Positions 47,388 to 58,660 of a DNA stretch of 64,000 nucleotides are shown in pieces. The DNA comes from Marsupella aquatica. Its lineage: Eukaryota > Plantae > Marchantiophyta. Both the position numbers and the translations under genes were made by a program. The number at the start of each line of letters is the position of its first letter. Position 1 is the stretch's first letter. Location: the NCBI GenBank assembly GCA_973895155.1, contig OZ316894.1, forward strand, positions 13,635,580-13,699,579, in the 5' to 3' direction. Under the pieces are notes generated by a model. That model saw only the letters and a list, made by a program, of their open reading frames with translations. It was not told the DNA's origin and ran no database searches.

Positions 47388-50300
47388 TGTCACGTCGTAG
47401 GCTTCGGCCTTAACTCAAACTTCAGCTTAGACGGGCACATCCCTCGTAAATCTGAGGGTTCGGGCAGGAAGGGAAGCACGTAATGCACCTTATTCTCGTA
47501 AACTAGCGCTAAGTGCGCATACTGCTAAATACGGACACCTCCTAGGTATGGTTTGTGTTCCGCCGCCGGAACGTACCTTAGTCGATAGCAGGATCGACCC
47601 CGACTTAAGGGCTTCTAAGCCTTCGTGCTGTCCGCCTTCGATCCGGATTCGATGATACAGGTCCTCAACCCGTGCTCGCAACCACTTACCCGCAGGCTGC
47701 ACCCTGTGCACGTCTCGGGTAGTGCGTTCGGCCCGGCGCTGCCACCCATATACGAGAAACCCACACACATATGCGCACACATGCATACAATCTCGATTTA
47801 CACGAAGGAAAAATGATGGGAAAGGATTTTTACTACAAAGGGAACATATGCGTACACTTAGTTGACACGACAGCCCTGGAATGCACAGGTTCAAGGCCAA
47901 GGGTGCACACTACAACGGAGCCCGGCTCCGCACTCGCCCGGCAAGCTTAGTCCTACCCCCTCCCCTTGGTACTCTATCATTCCCAGAGGTCGGGACTCCC
48001 CGCATGTCCCGCAGATGTCCGACTCTGAAACTAAAAACCCCCCCCCTGCCTCTACCGAGGGGTGCACTAAATACTAAGAGCCGAGGAACGGGGCGTCCTC
48101 CCGCCGAAGATTCGCTGACCAAGGTCCTAACTAAGCTGACAGTCAGGCCGGAAAACGGCTGTGTCTTATTAGAAGATCCTAATCTACGCAGGCTGGACAG
48201 CAGGGCAGCGCTGCCGTACCTAAGGCAGGTGCCTGTCCCAAGAGCCTGACTAAGCCAATCCTAATCCTAATCTATTCCTACTCCGCCGCTAATGCCTGGC
48301 ACGCTTGCCAGAGCCGCCCGAATGGGAACGGCCATCCCGCTGTCTTCGAAGCCTGTCATTGTCCGCTTTGAGGAGCTGGACCTGGTCCAGCAGAGATTCG
48401 TTCTCTCGCCTCACCGCGTCCGTCTCCTCTACTGCCTCCTGACATGCCTCCTCCAGCTGCTGGGCATCGCTCGCCAGTTTACTCGCCAGCTGGTCCTGCT
48501 TCTCGGCCTCGGTTTGGAGCCGCGCCATCTCGGCCTGCAGTGTGGCTATCTCCGTCGCGTCCCGCTGGGCTCGCTCCTCGGCCTCCTCCAGGTCTTTCTG
48601 CCAGGTGACAGCTTGTTTCTTCAAACTGTCAATCTGGTTCCGGAGTCGTGTAATCTTGGCCTCGTTCCGAGCTTTGGCCTGTTCGGCTAGGGCGGTAAGA
48701 GCGTACGCCTTTGCTAACAACTCATCGGCGGCTGCAACCTTGGGTCGTAGTTGCAGAAGTTCAGCCTCTTGAGCCGCCACTTCGTTCTTTAGGTACACAG
48801 ACTCCACCCAGTACCGCTCTATCCTCTGAAGGGCCTCCGACTGGGCCCGTCCTGCCTTTACGGCGGCAACCAACTCCTGATTGAAGAAACAGGCTACCTT
48901 CCGAGCCATGAACTCCCCGGTATCCCGGGCAATTTGATGAGAGAAATCTCCCAGAAGCCCGTTCAGAAACGTACCCTGTACGAAGAGTTCTGGGTGGTCC
49001 AAGTTGTGCCTGTCCGGATTTGGGCACGGGCAGACATCAACACGCGCAGGGTCCGGGGCAGTGACGTCCAGCCCTGGGGACATAACGTTGGAAGGGGCCG
49101 GAGTATCCTCCTGCAGCGATGTCCGGTTCTCCGGAATTGCCACCGGCGGGTCCTTGGGAGGCCCGGGTGCGGGTAAGACCTCTGCCGTACCAACTTCTGT
49201 ACTTAGCCCGGCTAGTTGGGTCGCATCAACGGTTGCGATGACCGACCCCTCCGGCGCCTCCTCGGTTACGATTACAGCTATTTGTGGAGGTGGGGTGGGT
49301 GAAGCTGGCGTGTCCACTGGACTTCGGGCCTCATGTTGGGGTCGTCTCTCCAATGCCGGAAAAACCCACCTAGCTGGGACCAGCTTTGTAACGTTGATGC
49401 GGGGAAGGGTTCGTCGATCAAACCGGGCATACCACTCAAGAATGATTTCGATGTGGCTAGCGAAATACGCCTTCCCGCCAATGTACAGCGTCTTCCTTCG
49501 CCGCTCCATCTCTTCATGGAATTTCTTAGCGAAGTACGACGCCCACTTCCTAGGTCGATAGTTCTCGACCTGGATGACCTGGGCGGCGGAGATCTCCCCC
49601 CGGGGTTCCATCAAGTGGAGAGCGTACCTCTGGAACTCCAGCCGCTCAGCTATCTCGGGCATGAGGCAGGTCCTCATCACGAACCCGTTGTCTACTGATC
49701 CCTCTGAGGGAAAACTTGAAGATTGGTACTTGGCCCCCTTGCCCCCGGGAGCCCGTGATTCGACTCGATGGTCACCTTCGAGTAACCCGAAGATCATCTT
49801 GAGCCGTTCTTCTATGAGGGACATATTCCTTCCCCGCAGCCGAGTCTGTTGACGTACGTCGTCATAATTCTTGACGAATTCTATCATGTCCTCCCCGTAG
49901 TACCTGCAAGTGTTCCAGGGGAGAGAGGCGAGGTGCTCAAATCCCTGAGTCTTCAGGTACACCGCATGCTTGGGATGGAGGATGTTGCTGTGAACGTTTT
50001 CCCCCATGCGATGCATCGTTACCTTGGCTACGGCTACCATGGCTAACGGTAACCCGGATGCACTGGCGGATTCCTTTCTCTTCTTTCCCCGTGACTGACT
50101 CGGGGAAGGTGATACTTCCCCATCCTCCCGATCGGGCCTGGGGAGTGCCACTGCGGTTGGTAACGGGCCCGGGGCGGCCACGGTCACCATGTTGTCTGCT
50201 GGGGCCGCTCCTGGGGTCAGAGCAGGGGGTGAGGACGGTATAGTGTCGGCCCCCCGAGCGCTTGTTCCTCTGGGCCGCCTGGTCAAGGGTGGGGTAGCCT

Positions 50301-51397
50301 CGTCGTCATCGCTAAGATCCACAGCGTTGATGACGGAGCGTACCTGTGCTGGCTGGGTGATAGGTGGTGGGGTTTGGCTAGGCTGCGGCTGAGGCTGAAG
50401 CTGAAGCTGAGGTTGCATGGGCACGGGTACGGGTACGGGTACGGGTCCGGCTGAGTTGGTCATGTTGGTTGATGGCCGAGTTCCCATGAAGCTCTGTAGG
50501 TGCTGGTAGAAGTTCTCCGAAGCGAGCGCGGACGCCCTTGTCGAACGGTTGGTACTGGACTCGCCGTTAATGACTGCCCGAACCTGGGCAGGGATGTGGT
50601 CGAAGTGATGTCGCTGCAGGTCGATTGTACCCGGGATATTGAAGACCTCGTCCGGAAGCCGAAGCAATGCTTCCCAGAACCCGATATATTTGTCTCCGTC
50701 AAAGAAGTACCCAGATACCTCAGCTGGTCGGTAAAGCTCGCTCTGAGACGGGTAGTCAAAGTTAAGGACGTAGTGGTGTCGTCCTGCTAGGCGGATGGCT
50801 CTCTCGTATTCGCGTTCGATCTCGTATCGGCGCGGGTTGGCGTGTTTCAATGAATCGGCCAAGTGCCTTCCGGTAGATAGGAACTGCGTCCAGAATCGAA
50901 TGGCCGAGCTGGAGAGGATCGTGTGCGACATTCAGAGGAGATAGTAGTGGCGACCTAGAGAGAACGAGAGAGTTGGGGTCGAAGCTGGCGCGCGGACTGA
51001 TGGACTGGTGCACTACAAAGGGTTGGCTCCCCTTTTATACTTTGAGGGCTTGTCGATCCCCGACGTCTCCTCGACGCCCATAGGTTGAACCGCTCACGCT
51101 TGTGGTGTACCGGCCACTCCGCCGGTCTGAGTCAGCGTGCGTCAGTGGCCGCTTCCTTAAGTTCGTTATACGGACCCGAGGGAGGGGCCCCTCCATGCTC
51201 ATAACCCGGGTGTGCGAATAGCGACCCGCCGCCAGCCCGAACCTGAAGTCCCCCTTATTGCCTAATGATGTCCTACCCCTAATGATTACCTAAATACTGT
51301 CGTTATGCTAATAATAGCGGCCTAAGACCCACCTAACGCGCGTGCCGAGCGCAGTTAGACTGAATCACTCATTAACCGCCGTACCGGCGGCGTCACA
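47388..51397 (-). repeat. 5' LTR of B (4010 bp, intact)
   Basis: TGTGACG…CGTGACA on the minus strand. Confidence 0.96.
48289..50931 (-). CDS. Intact 880-aa LTR-encoded protein: N-terminal globular region, Pro/Gln linker, NLS, plant-transposon-protein-like domain, C-terminal coiled coil
   Basis: Uninterrupted ATG ORF wholly inside the LTR. GFEHLASLPW…EFVKNY…TRLRGRNMSL…IFGL core; GKKRK; heptad-rich last ~200 aa. Confidence 0.92.
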   Translation of the reverse strand: MSHTILSSSAIRFWTQFLSTGRHLADSLKHANPRRYEIEREYERAIRLAGRHHYVLNFDYPSQSELYRPAEVSGYFFDGDKYIGFWEALLRLPDEVFNIPGTIDLQRHHFDHIPAQVRAVINGESSTNRSTRASALASENFYQHLQSFMGTRPSTNMTNSAGPVPVPVPVPMQPQLQLQPQPQPSQTPPPITQPAQVRSVINAVDLSDDDEATPPLTRRPRGTSARGADTIPSSPPALTPGAAPADNMVTVAAPGPLPTAVALPRPDREDGEVSPSPSQSRGKKRKESASASGLPLAMVAVAKVTMHRMGENVHSNILHPKHAVYLKTQGFEHLASLPWNTCRYYGEDMIEFVKNYDDVRQQTRLRGRNMSLIEERLKMIFGLLEGDHRVESRAPGGKGAKYQSSSFPSEGSVDNGFVMRTCLMPEIAERLEFQRYALHLMEPRGEISAAQVIQVENYRPRKWASYFAKKFHEEMERRRKTLYIGGKAYFASHIEIILEWYARFDRRTLPRINVTKLVPARWVFPALERRPQHEARSPVDTPASPTPPPQIAVIVTEEAPEGSVIATVDATQLAGLSTEVGTAEVLPAPGPPKDPPVAIPENRTSLQEDTPAPSNVMSPGLDVTAPDPARVDVCPCPNPDRHNLDHPELFVQGTFLNGLLGDFSHQIARDTGEFMARKVACFFNQELVAAVKAGRAQSEALQRIERYWVESVYLKNEVAAQEAELLQLRPKVAAADELLAKAYALTALAEQAKARNEAKITRLRNQIDSLKKQAVTWQKDLEEAEERAQRDATEIATLQAEMARLQTEAEKQDQLASKLASDAQQLEEACQEAVEETDAVRRENESLLDQVQLLKADNDRLRRQRDGRSHSGGSGKRARH

Positions 51398-51820
51398 AGG
51401 CACTATCTAATCAAGACCAGTTACTTAACGGCAACTTCAACGGGTATATGTAGGGATATTTGGACCTAGTAGATACGACATTGTTCACATAAAGATAACC
51501 CGCAATGCTAGCGTCGGGCGCTATCTATCGTATACCCATTATGAAATTGTAACTTCAACGTATATATTGGAATATTTCGCTAGCGTCGGGCGCTACTAAA
51601 GTTTTTGTTTCAAAATGAGATTCATATGGGAAATTATTTTGATCTATATGATCTATTGGAGGCGACAATGTCCCATAAAGATAACCCCCAATGCTAGCAC
51701 CGGGCGCTATTTATGGAAGACCCATGATTCAACGGTAACTTGAACAGATATATGGGGCTCTTTTGTTGGGTGGATCCATTTGTATCCATGGGTTTAGTAA
51801 AGGTAACTTCAACGGATACC
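51398..51820. repeat. Degenerate ~186-bp repeats with palindromes at 51509, 51581 and 51695 (TAGCGYCGGGCGCTA type)
   Basis: Repeated CATAAAGATAACCC…ATGCTAGC…GGGCGCTAT and GTAACTTCAACG blocks. Confidence 0.8.
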
Positions 51821-52344
51821 TTGACACAACTCCGCTGAACCCTGGTCGATCAATCTGAGACTTAATCCCTGGTCCAATCTTCTCTAGGTGTTTGTCGAGT
51901 TTGACCTCTAAACACTTATTTGTTTAACGGTCCTCCAGACCTTAGATACCCCTTTCGGTTGAGTACGCCATCGCAAATATTTCCAACGACCGTACATTGA
52001 AGGTACTTCAGGCTTTCCAGAGTTGTTTGAGGTGTGGAAGATTTGCCTCAATTGCGTTGGTATCGTTGCGGGCAGAAGTACATGATCTCCACACAAGTAA
52101 GTGTCTCCAAACTCCCACACGAATTCCTGACTGAACTCCCGTACGATTCCAACTTGAACGGGAGTACATTGCAACACGGTGGGTGGGAGAGTATAACAAA
52201 ATGGAATCTGGGTCACCAAACCATTCTTAGTCTTCAGAGTCATCGTATTCTAGTTGTGTTTTGAGTCGAAGGATAACTCGTTCCATTGCGCAGTATCCCC
52301 TCAGTCAGGTAGAGCTTTCGTGTCCAAAACCAAGGCGAACAAAA

Positions 52345-54200
52345 ATGGAGCAGGTCGGTGAGTTTGCTGTCCAGAACGCCAAAGATATTGAGAAATCAGT
52401 GGTCGATGTGATAGAAAAGCACGTCATGTCATTTGGCGTTGATGCGAATGGATTACCGAAGGAGCCACCGCGTATTCCGTTATGCCGTCTCGTTCATATG
52501 GAGGTTGTCCGAACTCTTCAGAGGAATAGTCAATCAATCGAGAAGCTGAAGGACTCCTTCAGGACATCTGGGTACAATTCGTCCATAGGCATGCCGTTTT
52601 TTGTCCAACCTTCCAACGCCAAAGGTGCTCCATAGTTGTGTACAGATGAAATTTGGAGCACCTGGGATTCGATTTGGGTTGCGGAGAACCAATTGTTTGA
52701 AGCCAAATGTGAAGCAGACCCCGCTTTCTTGGTCCTCAAGGACAAAATGTTCTCAATTTTTGATGGGAATCATCGGCTATTTTCGTGGACACAAGTTACT
52801 AGTGAGAGTCTTGAGAATCCAAAGTATCATCCTTGAGTGCAATGCACAATCTTCAAGGGGGACAAGGAATCTATCATCGAGATTGAAGCAGCGATGCACA
52901 TTGTGAACCAGTGAGTTGTCTCTCACCAGTGATTGAAACTCTCAAATTTGTTGGTTTCTGTCTTTGCATCCTATGTTCACTCTGGTTTAAGGGATAGGTT
53001 AGTGCCACGCGCTATTTCTAAAATGCTGAATTTCACAGGACGGGGCAAGCAGTTGTAGAGTCTTCTTGGATTCTGGACACGGACAGAATCAGGAGGATTT
53101 TGGCACATGATCTTAAATATTATAAACCCATCATAGATGAAGCGAATTATGCCAAATTCAAGAAGACTCAGAAAGGGACCCGAAAAGGTTCTTGGTTTAC
53201 TAAGAAGATGCCAATGGAGGCCTTGGTCTATATCCTGTGTGAGAATAAGATCAAGTCCTACTCGCAGCAGTTCCAGGTGATGAAGACCCAAGCAAGCAAT
53301 TTTGGTGCACCGTGGTCTGTCTTCGTCACAATCAAATGATGAAGGAAGCAACTAAGGAGTGGACCGTGAAAACTCCGAAGCTCACTTCCTTGCTGAGCCT
53401 AGAGTTTGAAGATTTCATGGACACTTGTGCCGAGATGTATAGTCTTTCTGATCGGCTGAAATGCGAGAAGGTCCCTGACGCCGTGTTCTGCACGATGGAT
53501 AGAGCTCGCTTGTTCACTGCCAATTTGGCATTAGATCCAAAGCTGCAAAGTATGCTTCTCGTTGCTCATTGTACTCCCGACTTACGGAAACAATTTTTTC
53601 ATCCCTTTGGCGTTTCTGATGACCCCGTCAAGCAGTGGTGTCACACCTGGCATGTTTGGAATACAATTGAGGGGATAGCCACTGCTCTCTTAGATGCGTC
53701 TTTGAACAAAGTTATGGCTTCGTGTACAGAGCAGCGTCTTTCAACACTGGTCGGAGAGGTCATGACATTTGAGAAGTTGAGGGAAGTGATTTTAGAGGAT
53801 TTTAGAAAGTACGGTGATTCCGTAAGGGCCAAGTTCTTCAACAACATTTGGGAATCCAAGTACGCTGATAAGGAGGATTTGAGTGATGTCAACCGCAAGA
53901 GAGCAAAGAGATATTTGTATCGATATTACATGAAAATGGAGAGGAGTGACCCTTCCTATTTTTGGGCCTATCCTGGTGCCTTCCAAAAGTGGGCCGTTGT
54001 AATTTTGAGGTCTGAAGCATCTGGGGACTTTCTTGGGTACTCGATGTACCCAGCCGAAGGGAAGTTTCCCCCAAGAAAGATAACAAACTGGAAGGTTTTG
54101 CATTGTCCATGGTATCTTGACACAGACAAGTGGAGTTCCCCATTTGATGATACGAAGAAAGATGCTTTCCAGAAGTTATCTAAGAATATAGTTCCAAGGA
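52345..54200 (+). pseudogene. ParB/Sulfiredoxin-like N-terminal domain protein, two exons, stops/frameshifts, 3' truncated
   Basis: RIPLCRL…VVRTL…IEKLKDSFRTSGY…PFFV…FSIFDGNHRLFSW…IEAAMHIVNQ. Intron GTGAGT at ~52911 to CACAG at ~53038; continues in ORFs 53100 and 53312. Confidence 0.72.
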
Positions 54201-55020
54201 AGAGAGAGAAATGGAGGAGGATCGTTTAACAGGAGCCAAAAAAACACGCTTACTGATCGGAGTGGAGTTGACACAGATGACTACTTTCATGTTGAGTAAT
54301 AGTACTGTGATGGAAGAATGGAGAGAGTTTTATGAGGATGCAAAGAGGGAGAGTCGTCGCCCAAGGATTTTTCCAAAGTTCCTTGAGTATATGAGGGAGA
54401 AAGTACTTCAGTTGGATGCTATGGTGGCCCAAGGTGAGAGTGTATCACATTTTCCAGATATGACTCCTGAGGTTCGAACAATTGTTCATGGCCCTTTGAG
54501 ACTTGTTCAGACCAGAACAACAATGTGGACACAAGGGAGACATTTCAGGATTTTTGACCTTGATGAGAAGAGGGGTAGAACTTTTGACTGTGGAGTTCAA
54601 GGGCAGTTCATGCAGGATTCACAAAGTAGCCACCATGACATCAATGTCATCCGAGATGTGGTGCCTCACTATGGGAAGATAGAGGAGATCTTGATTGTAT
54701 CCTATGATACGGATACAAAATTTGAAGAGTATGTCTTCAAGTGTAAGTGGTTCAAAATTCACTTGGTTGGTGAGAATTGCAGGGTAGTTCTTGATGATTG
54801 TGGGTTTACTCGACTAAAGACATCAACCATCTCATTGGCAAACATCTAAACCGTTTACATTCCCAAGTCACCTTGAGCAATGTTTCTATATTCCGTACCC
54901 ACCAGACCCAGAGGAGTGGTCAATTGTTATACCGTATGTGCCACGATCTTGTTCCATTATCTCAGAAAAACCTGAAGTTATTATTGTGTCAAACGGAGCA
55001 GAGGATGAGGACCAAGTTTG
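54200..55020 (+). pseudogene. CACTA transposase C-terminal fragment (DUF4216-like)
   Basis: MWTQGRHFRI, TFDCGV, HYGKIEEI, FKCKWF, DDCGFTRL, *PFTFPSHLEQCFYIPY…WSIV. Confidence 0.85.
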
Positions 55021-55849
55021 ATGCATCACTAGTAGTAAAACTTGTTGTGAGCGTATAATTGTGATAATATTAACTATCATGGTTTTATTTATATTTACCT
55101 ATTTATTTTCTTCTTTTGTCTTACAAACACAAGGACTTTGAAATTTCATTTTACTGCTATATATGCAACCCTAGCCACTAGAAAAGTTATCCTCATGCAT
55201 GCCACCTTTTTGAAATCTCTAGCTCATAACTGAAACACATGCATTCTCCATCTTCTAAAGTATTCTCTCAAAAACTTCCATTCTGAAAACTTTGGAAACA
55301 ACTCTCTTTGTGAAACATTTTTTGAACCAGTCAGGAAGGAATTTCTGAACCTCAAGTTGTGAATCAAATTCCATCGGTACTTGTGATACAAATATGTTCT
55401 CAAACTTGCGGCCCAATTGGCTTCGGTACTTTGCGACCCAAAGTTCTTCACAACATTTTCCGAACATAATAGGTTCACAAACCACTTGTGATTGTATTAG
55501 TATTGCTAAATTATGAACCAAAATGTATCCGAATACGGTCACGATGGTCACGGACTCACAAAGTCGTTGCGAGACAACTAGTATCTAAACGTGTTGCGAA
55601 GTCAATAACATCAAAAATGAATTGTGATGTGTGTAGCTTTGCCATGTGAATTTGCGATGATAAGAGCATGGGATATTGGGATGCGTGTTGCATCACAAAA
55701 TATCTGAAGGTTCTAACATCGCAAGGCCTTCCCAAAGTCAAAAAACACCTTCGCAAAAGGGGCCAATATGTAGTAGTGCGATTCCCCCCGCTACTCTCCT
55801 TGTCTTGCTGTGAACACGGCCTCTTGCCAATCATAACTCACAGGTCCTA

Positions 55850-58105
55850 GTTCCTCCTCCGGCTTCCAGGCTGTCTTCTCCCTCTATTTACCGCGAACAA
55901 GAGCTTTAGGCTGCTCTTCCTCAGCTTTGGGACTCGAGGCTCCTACATACATTTGAACCCCCAGCTCGTGTTCCGGCCTCCTTCTTTCCTTGGTTTTGGT
56001 AAAGGGGTTTTCCCTCATGAGTCGGCTTAGGCCAACTTTTGGGGCAATGTCCTGTACCGGTGCCATTGTCGTTGCCGTTGTCGTCCTCTTCTCCTTCTCC
56101 AGCAATTTCAGCAGATTCTGCATGCCTGGTTGCTGCATCGGCAAGTCTTTTGTCCTTGGCCTAAACACCTGCTCGATCATAGGACTGTCGGGCTGGTTGG
56201 GTTTCTCTGCTGCCGGCCTCTGTTGCAAAACCTCCTCTGGTGCCCTTGCCTATAGGGGAAGTACCGGGGCAAAGATCTGACTCCGGGCATACCTGCACAA
56301 CAACGGCATGTGATAGCCAAGCCGGGACACGCTTCCCTTGCCAATCACTTGCTGTTTCTCCTTCAAGATCTTCTTCAATTGGGTGAGGAGGTACCCATTG
56401 TAATCCCAGCTTGGGTCTGGCCTCTCCGCCAGGTAGACCTGTGCCTTGCCAATCTCTGGCCTCGGCAAGTTACAATGCATGGTTACCCGCAAGAAATCGA
56501 TCATCTCTTCGATGTGCGGGTTGGTGCAGGTGTTCCAAAAGAAGCCATTCTTTGTTGATGGCCCTGGGAACGACCGCAACTCCTTGTCAGGCAAGGTCTT
56601 CCTGGTATCTACTTTGGTCTTATTGCCCATTGGCAAGCCAAACGCTTTGGCAATCACCCGGGGAGTGAGATAGAAATCCTTCCCATACACCCTTGTGGAA
56701 TTGGTTTTAGGCTCCCATGATCCCACAAATTCTAATAAGTCTGAATCCGGCACCTCCAGCTTCAGCCATGGTAATTTCATGAAGGCTTCCAAGCCGGATC
56801 CGCCCATGAAGCCCTGGTACTTCCGAGTTTGCATAGCTATAAAGCATGCATCCTCTTCACGTGCAAAGTGTAATTGCACTTCCTCGAGGAGGGTCGCCGC
56901 CCAGCCTTTCCAGGTGTCATCCCTGGTTGGAATGGCATTGATGGGGTCAACCTCCTCTTTTTTGGCTTTGTCCTGCCTCCTGCTTCCCTGCTCGGCTAGC
57001 TTCCTTGGTGCCGCCAACCTCGTTCTCTTCGCAGGGGTGGCCTCTTTGTTGTTGGCCCCTTTCCTCTTCATAGCGGCTGCCGTGGATGTTTCTCCGAGCA
57101 CGGTTGCCTTTGTCCACCCCTCCGTGCTACCCTTCAACTCCCAGTGTATGTCGTTGCAGCGGTTGATGGCTTCCCGGATGCCAACGATTTTGTTCTCGCA
57201 AAACAAAAGGTTGTCTAGCTCGTCGCCAGTAGGTGTCCACAGGAATTCAGCCTTGATGAGTTCTCCTCCTAAGAAGGCAAACTTCTGTAGCTCCCACAGT
57301 TGAGCGAGCTCCTGCCGTTCGCGAGCTGCTCTTTCCAATTCTTTGTCCTCGTAGGTCCCAATGTACTCAGTTGCCCATTCGAACAAGCATCCCCAAAAAT
57401 GAGCAGCTTGATTGACGTTGCTCATACCCTTCTTGAGTTGATAGTCGGTATCTGCTCCCGCCCAGAGTGCTTGCCTAAGCAGTTGACAGTAGTTGGTTTC
57501 ACGTAGTTGTCTGCTTAGTTTGTGCTTGCAAATGAGCCACCATTCCTTGCGATCGGTCCTTACCCCCCTCCTGTCTGGTCTTCCTTCCCGTTGGTTACCC
57601 ATAGCCGCCGGCACTTAGCGCACCCTAACCCTAATCGTGTTCCCTGTCGGGGCGTCCTTACTTCCGGCCTCGGCCCGGGTTCCATAGTCACCCTTAATTG
57701 TTTATATTTTCCTTGTTTTGTTACTATACTAATGTGTTTCCAGGGCACACTCTTCATTTTACCATTTAAACTAGCCTAGTGATTCCTTGACAGTAGTTGG
57801 TTTCACGTAGTTGTCTGCTTAGTTTGTGCTTGCAAATGAGCCACCATTCCTTGTGATCGGTCCTTATCCCCTCCTGCCTGGTCTTCCTTCCCGTTGGTTA
57901 CCCATAGCCGCCGGCACTTAGTGCGCCCTAACCCTAATCGTGTTCCTTGCCGGGGCGTCCTTACTTCCGGCCTCGGCCCGGGTTCCATAGTCACCCTTAA
58001 TTGTTTATATTCTCCTTGTTTTTGTTACTATACTAATGTGTTTCCAGGGTACACTCCTGATTTTACCATTTAAACTGGCCTAGTGATTCCTGGCTAGGCA
58101 TCACA
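55850..58105 (-). mobile_element. Truncated second family-C LTR (5' half) with degenerate ORF
   Basis: Homologous to ~19450..21381; ends …TAGGCATCACA at 58105; ORFs 56250..57614 and 55884..56228. Left boundary approximate. Confidence 0.9.
57484..58091. repeat. 304-bp tandem duplication of the C-LTR promoter region
   Basis: 57484-57787 is repeated at 57788-58091; both copies contain the minus-strand AATATAAAC. Confidence 0.92.
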
Positions 58106-58660
58106 CAATTCCCGCTAGAAGAAGCTATGTGGAGGTTGGGCTCCGGGTTGGGCAAGACCTAAGGTAAGGTTTTTTCATTTTGGAGACTGTTGAATCATGG
58201 GTTCTTACCAACGGCAGGGGCAATCACTGGAAAGTTTGTGACAAAATTTGTCATAGGTGCAAATCATGCTTTGAGCACACTGACCACATGTTTTATAGCT
58301 GCAGCAAGGTCTGTGAGAGGTGGAGGAATGTACAACATCTTGTTCAGGGATACCCAACCCTTGCTTTCTCCAATGGTACTTTGTTTGAAGCCATCAATGA
58401 CACGATTCACTTTCAGAAGCAAAGACCGGGGCCCTTGATTCTTGTGATGAAAATGTGTGCTAGCATTTGGAAAGAGCAAATGCTGCCATCTACTCCCATT
58501 TCCTGGGAAGATTTCCATATGGGTGGTTCTTAGATACACAGAAAGCAACTTAGAACTACTCTTGGACAATTGTATATTGTTCTACAAACCTTGGGAGAAA
58601 ATTGAAAGCCTGATTTCCCTTAATTTTATTTCTGATGAAGATGATAGCAACAACTGATGG
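58106..58660 (+). pseudogene. LINE ORF2 C-terminal zinc-binding (zf-RVT-like) fragment
   Basis: CHRCKSCFEHTDHMFYSC…W; IWKE. Confidence 0.75.

Larger units (their letters stand above)
37513..51397 (-). mobile_element. Ty3/gypsy element B, same family as A (distinct subfamily), nearly full length
   Basis: LTRs at 47388..51397 and 37513..41306 with gag-pol between them. Right flank AGGCA; left flank AGGC followed by a deletion. Confidence 0.96.
31825..54200. mobile_element. Large Mutator-like element (MULE1), termini unresolved, split by LTR element B
   Basis: Transposase pseudogene; the same palindrome family occurs on both sides of B (33195-37515 and 51398-51709), tying the halves together. 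Confidence 0.7.

Noticed and set aside
48289-50931. LTR ORF as a retroviral env or a host SMC/myosin gene
   Set aside because: No signal peptide or transmembrane segment and no Walker motifs; the coiled coil alone is non-specific.
53312-54849. Genuine ParB-like/DUF4216 fusion gene
   Set aside because: Different frames and an abrupt change at ~54200; more likely a deletion junction between two elements.
55176-55850. CACTAGAAAAG as a CACTA terminus, and minus-strand ORF fragments behind it
   Set aside because: No partner terminus or TSD found; the peptides were not recognisable.
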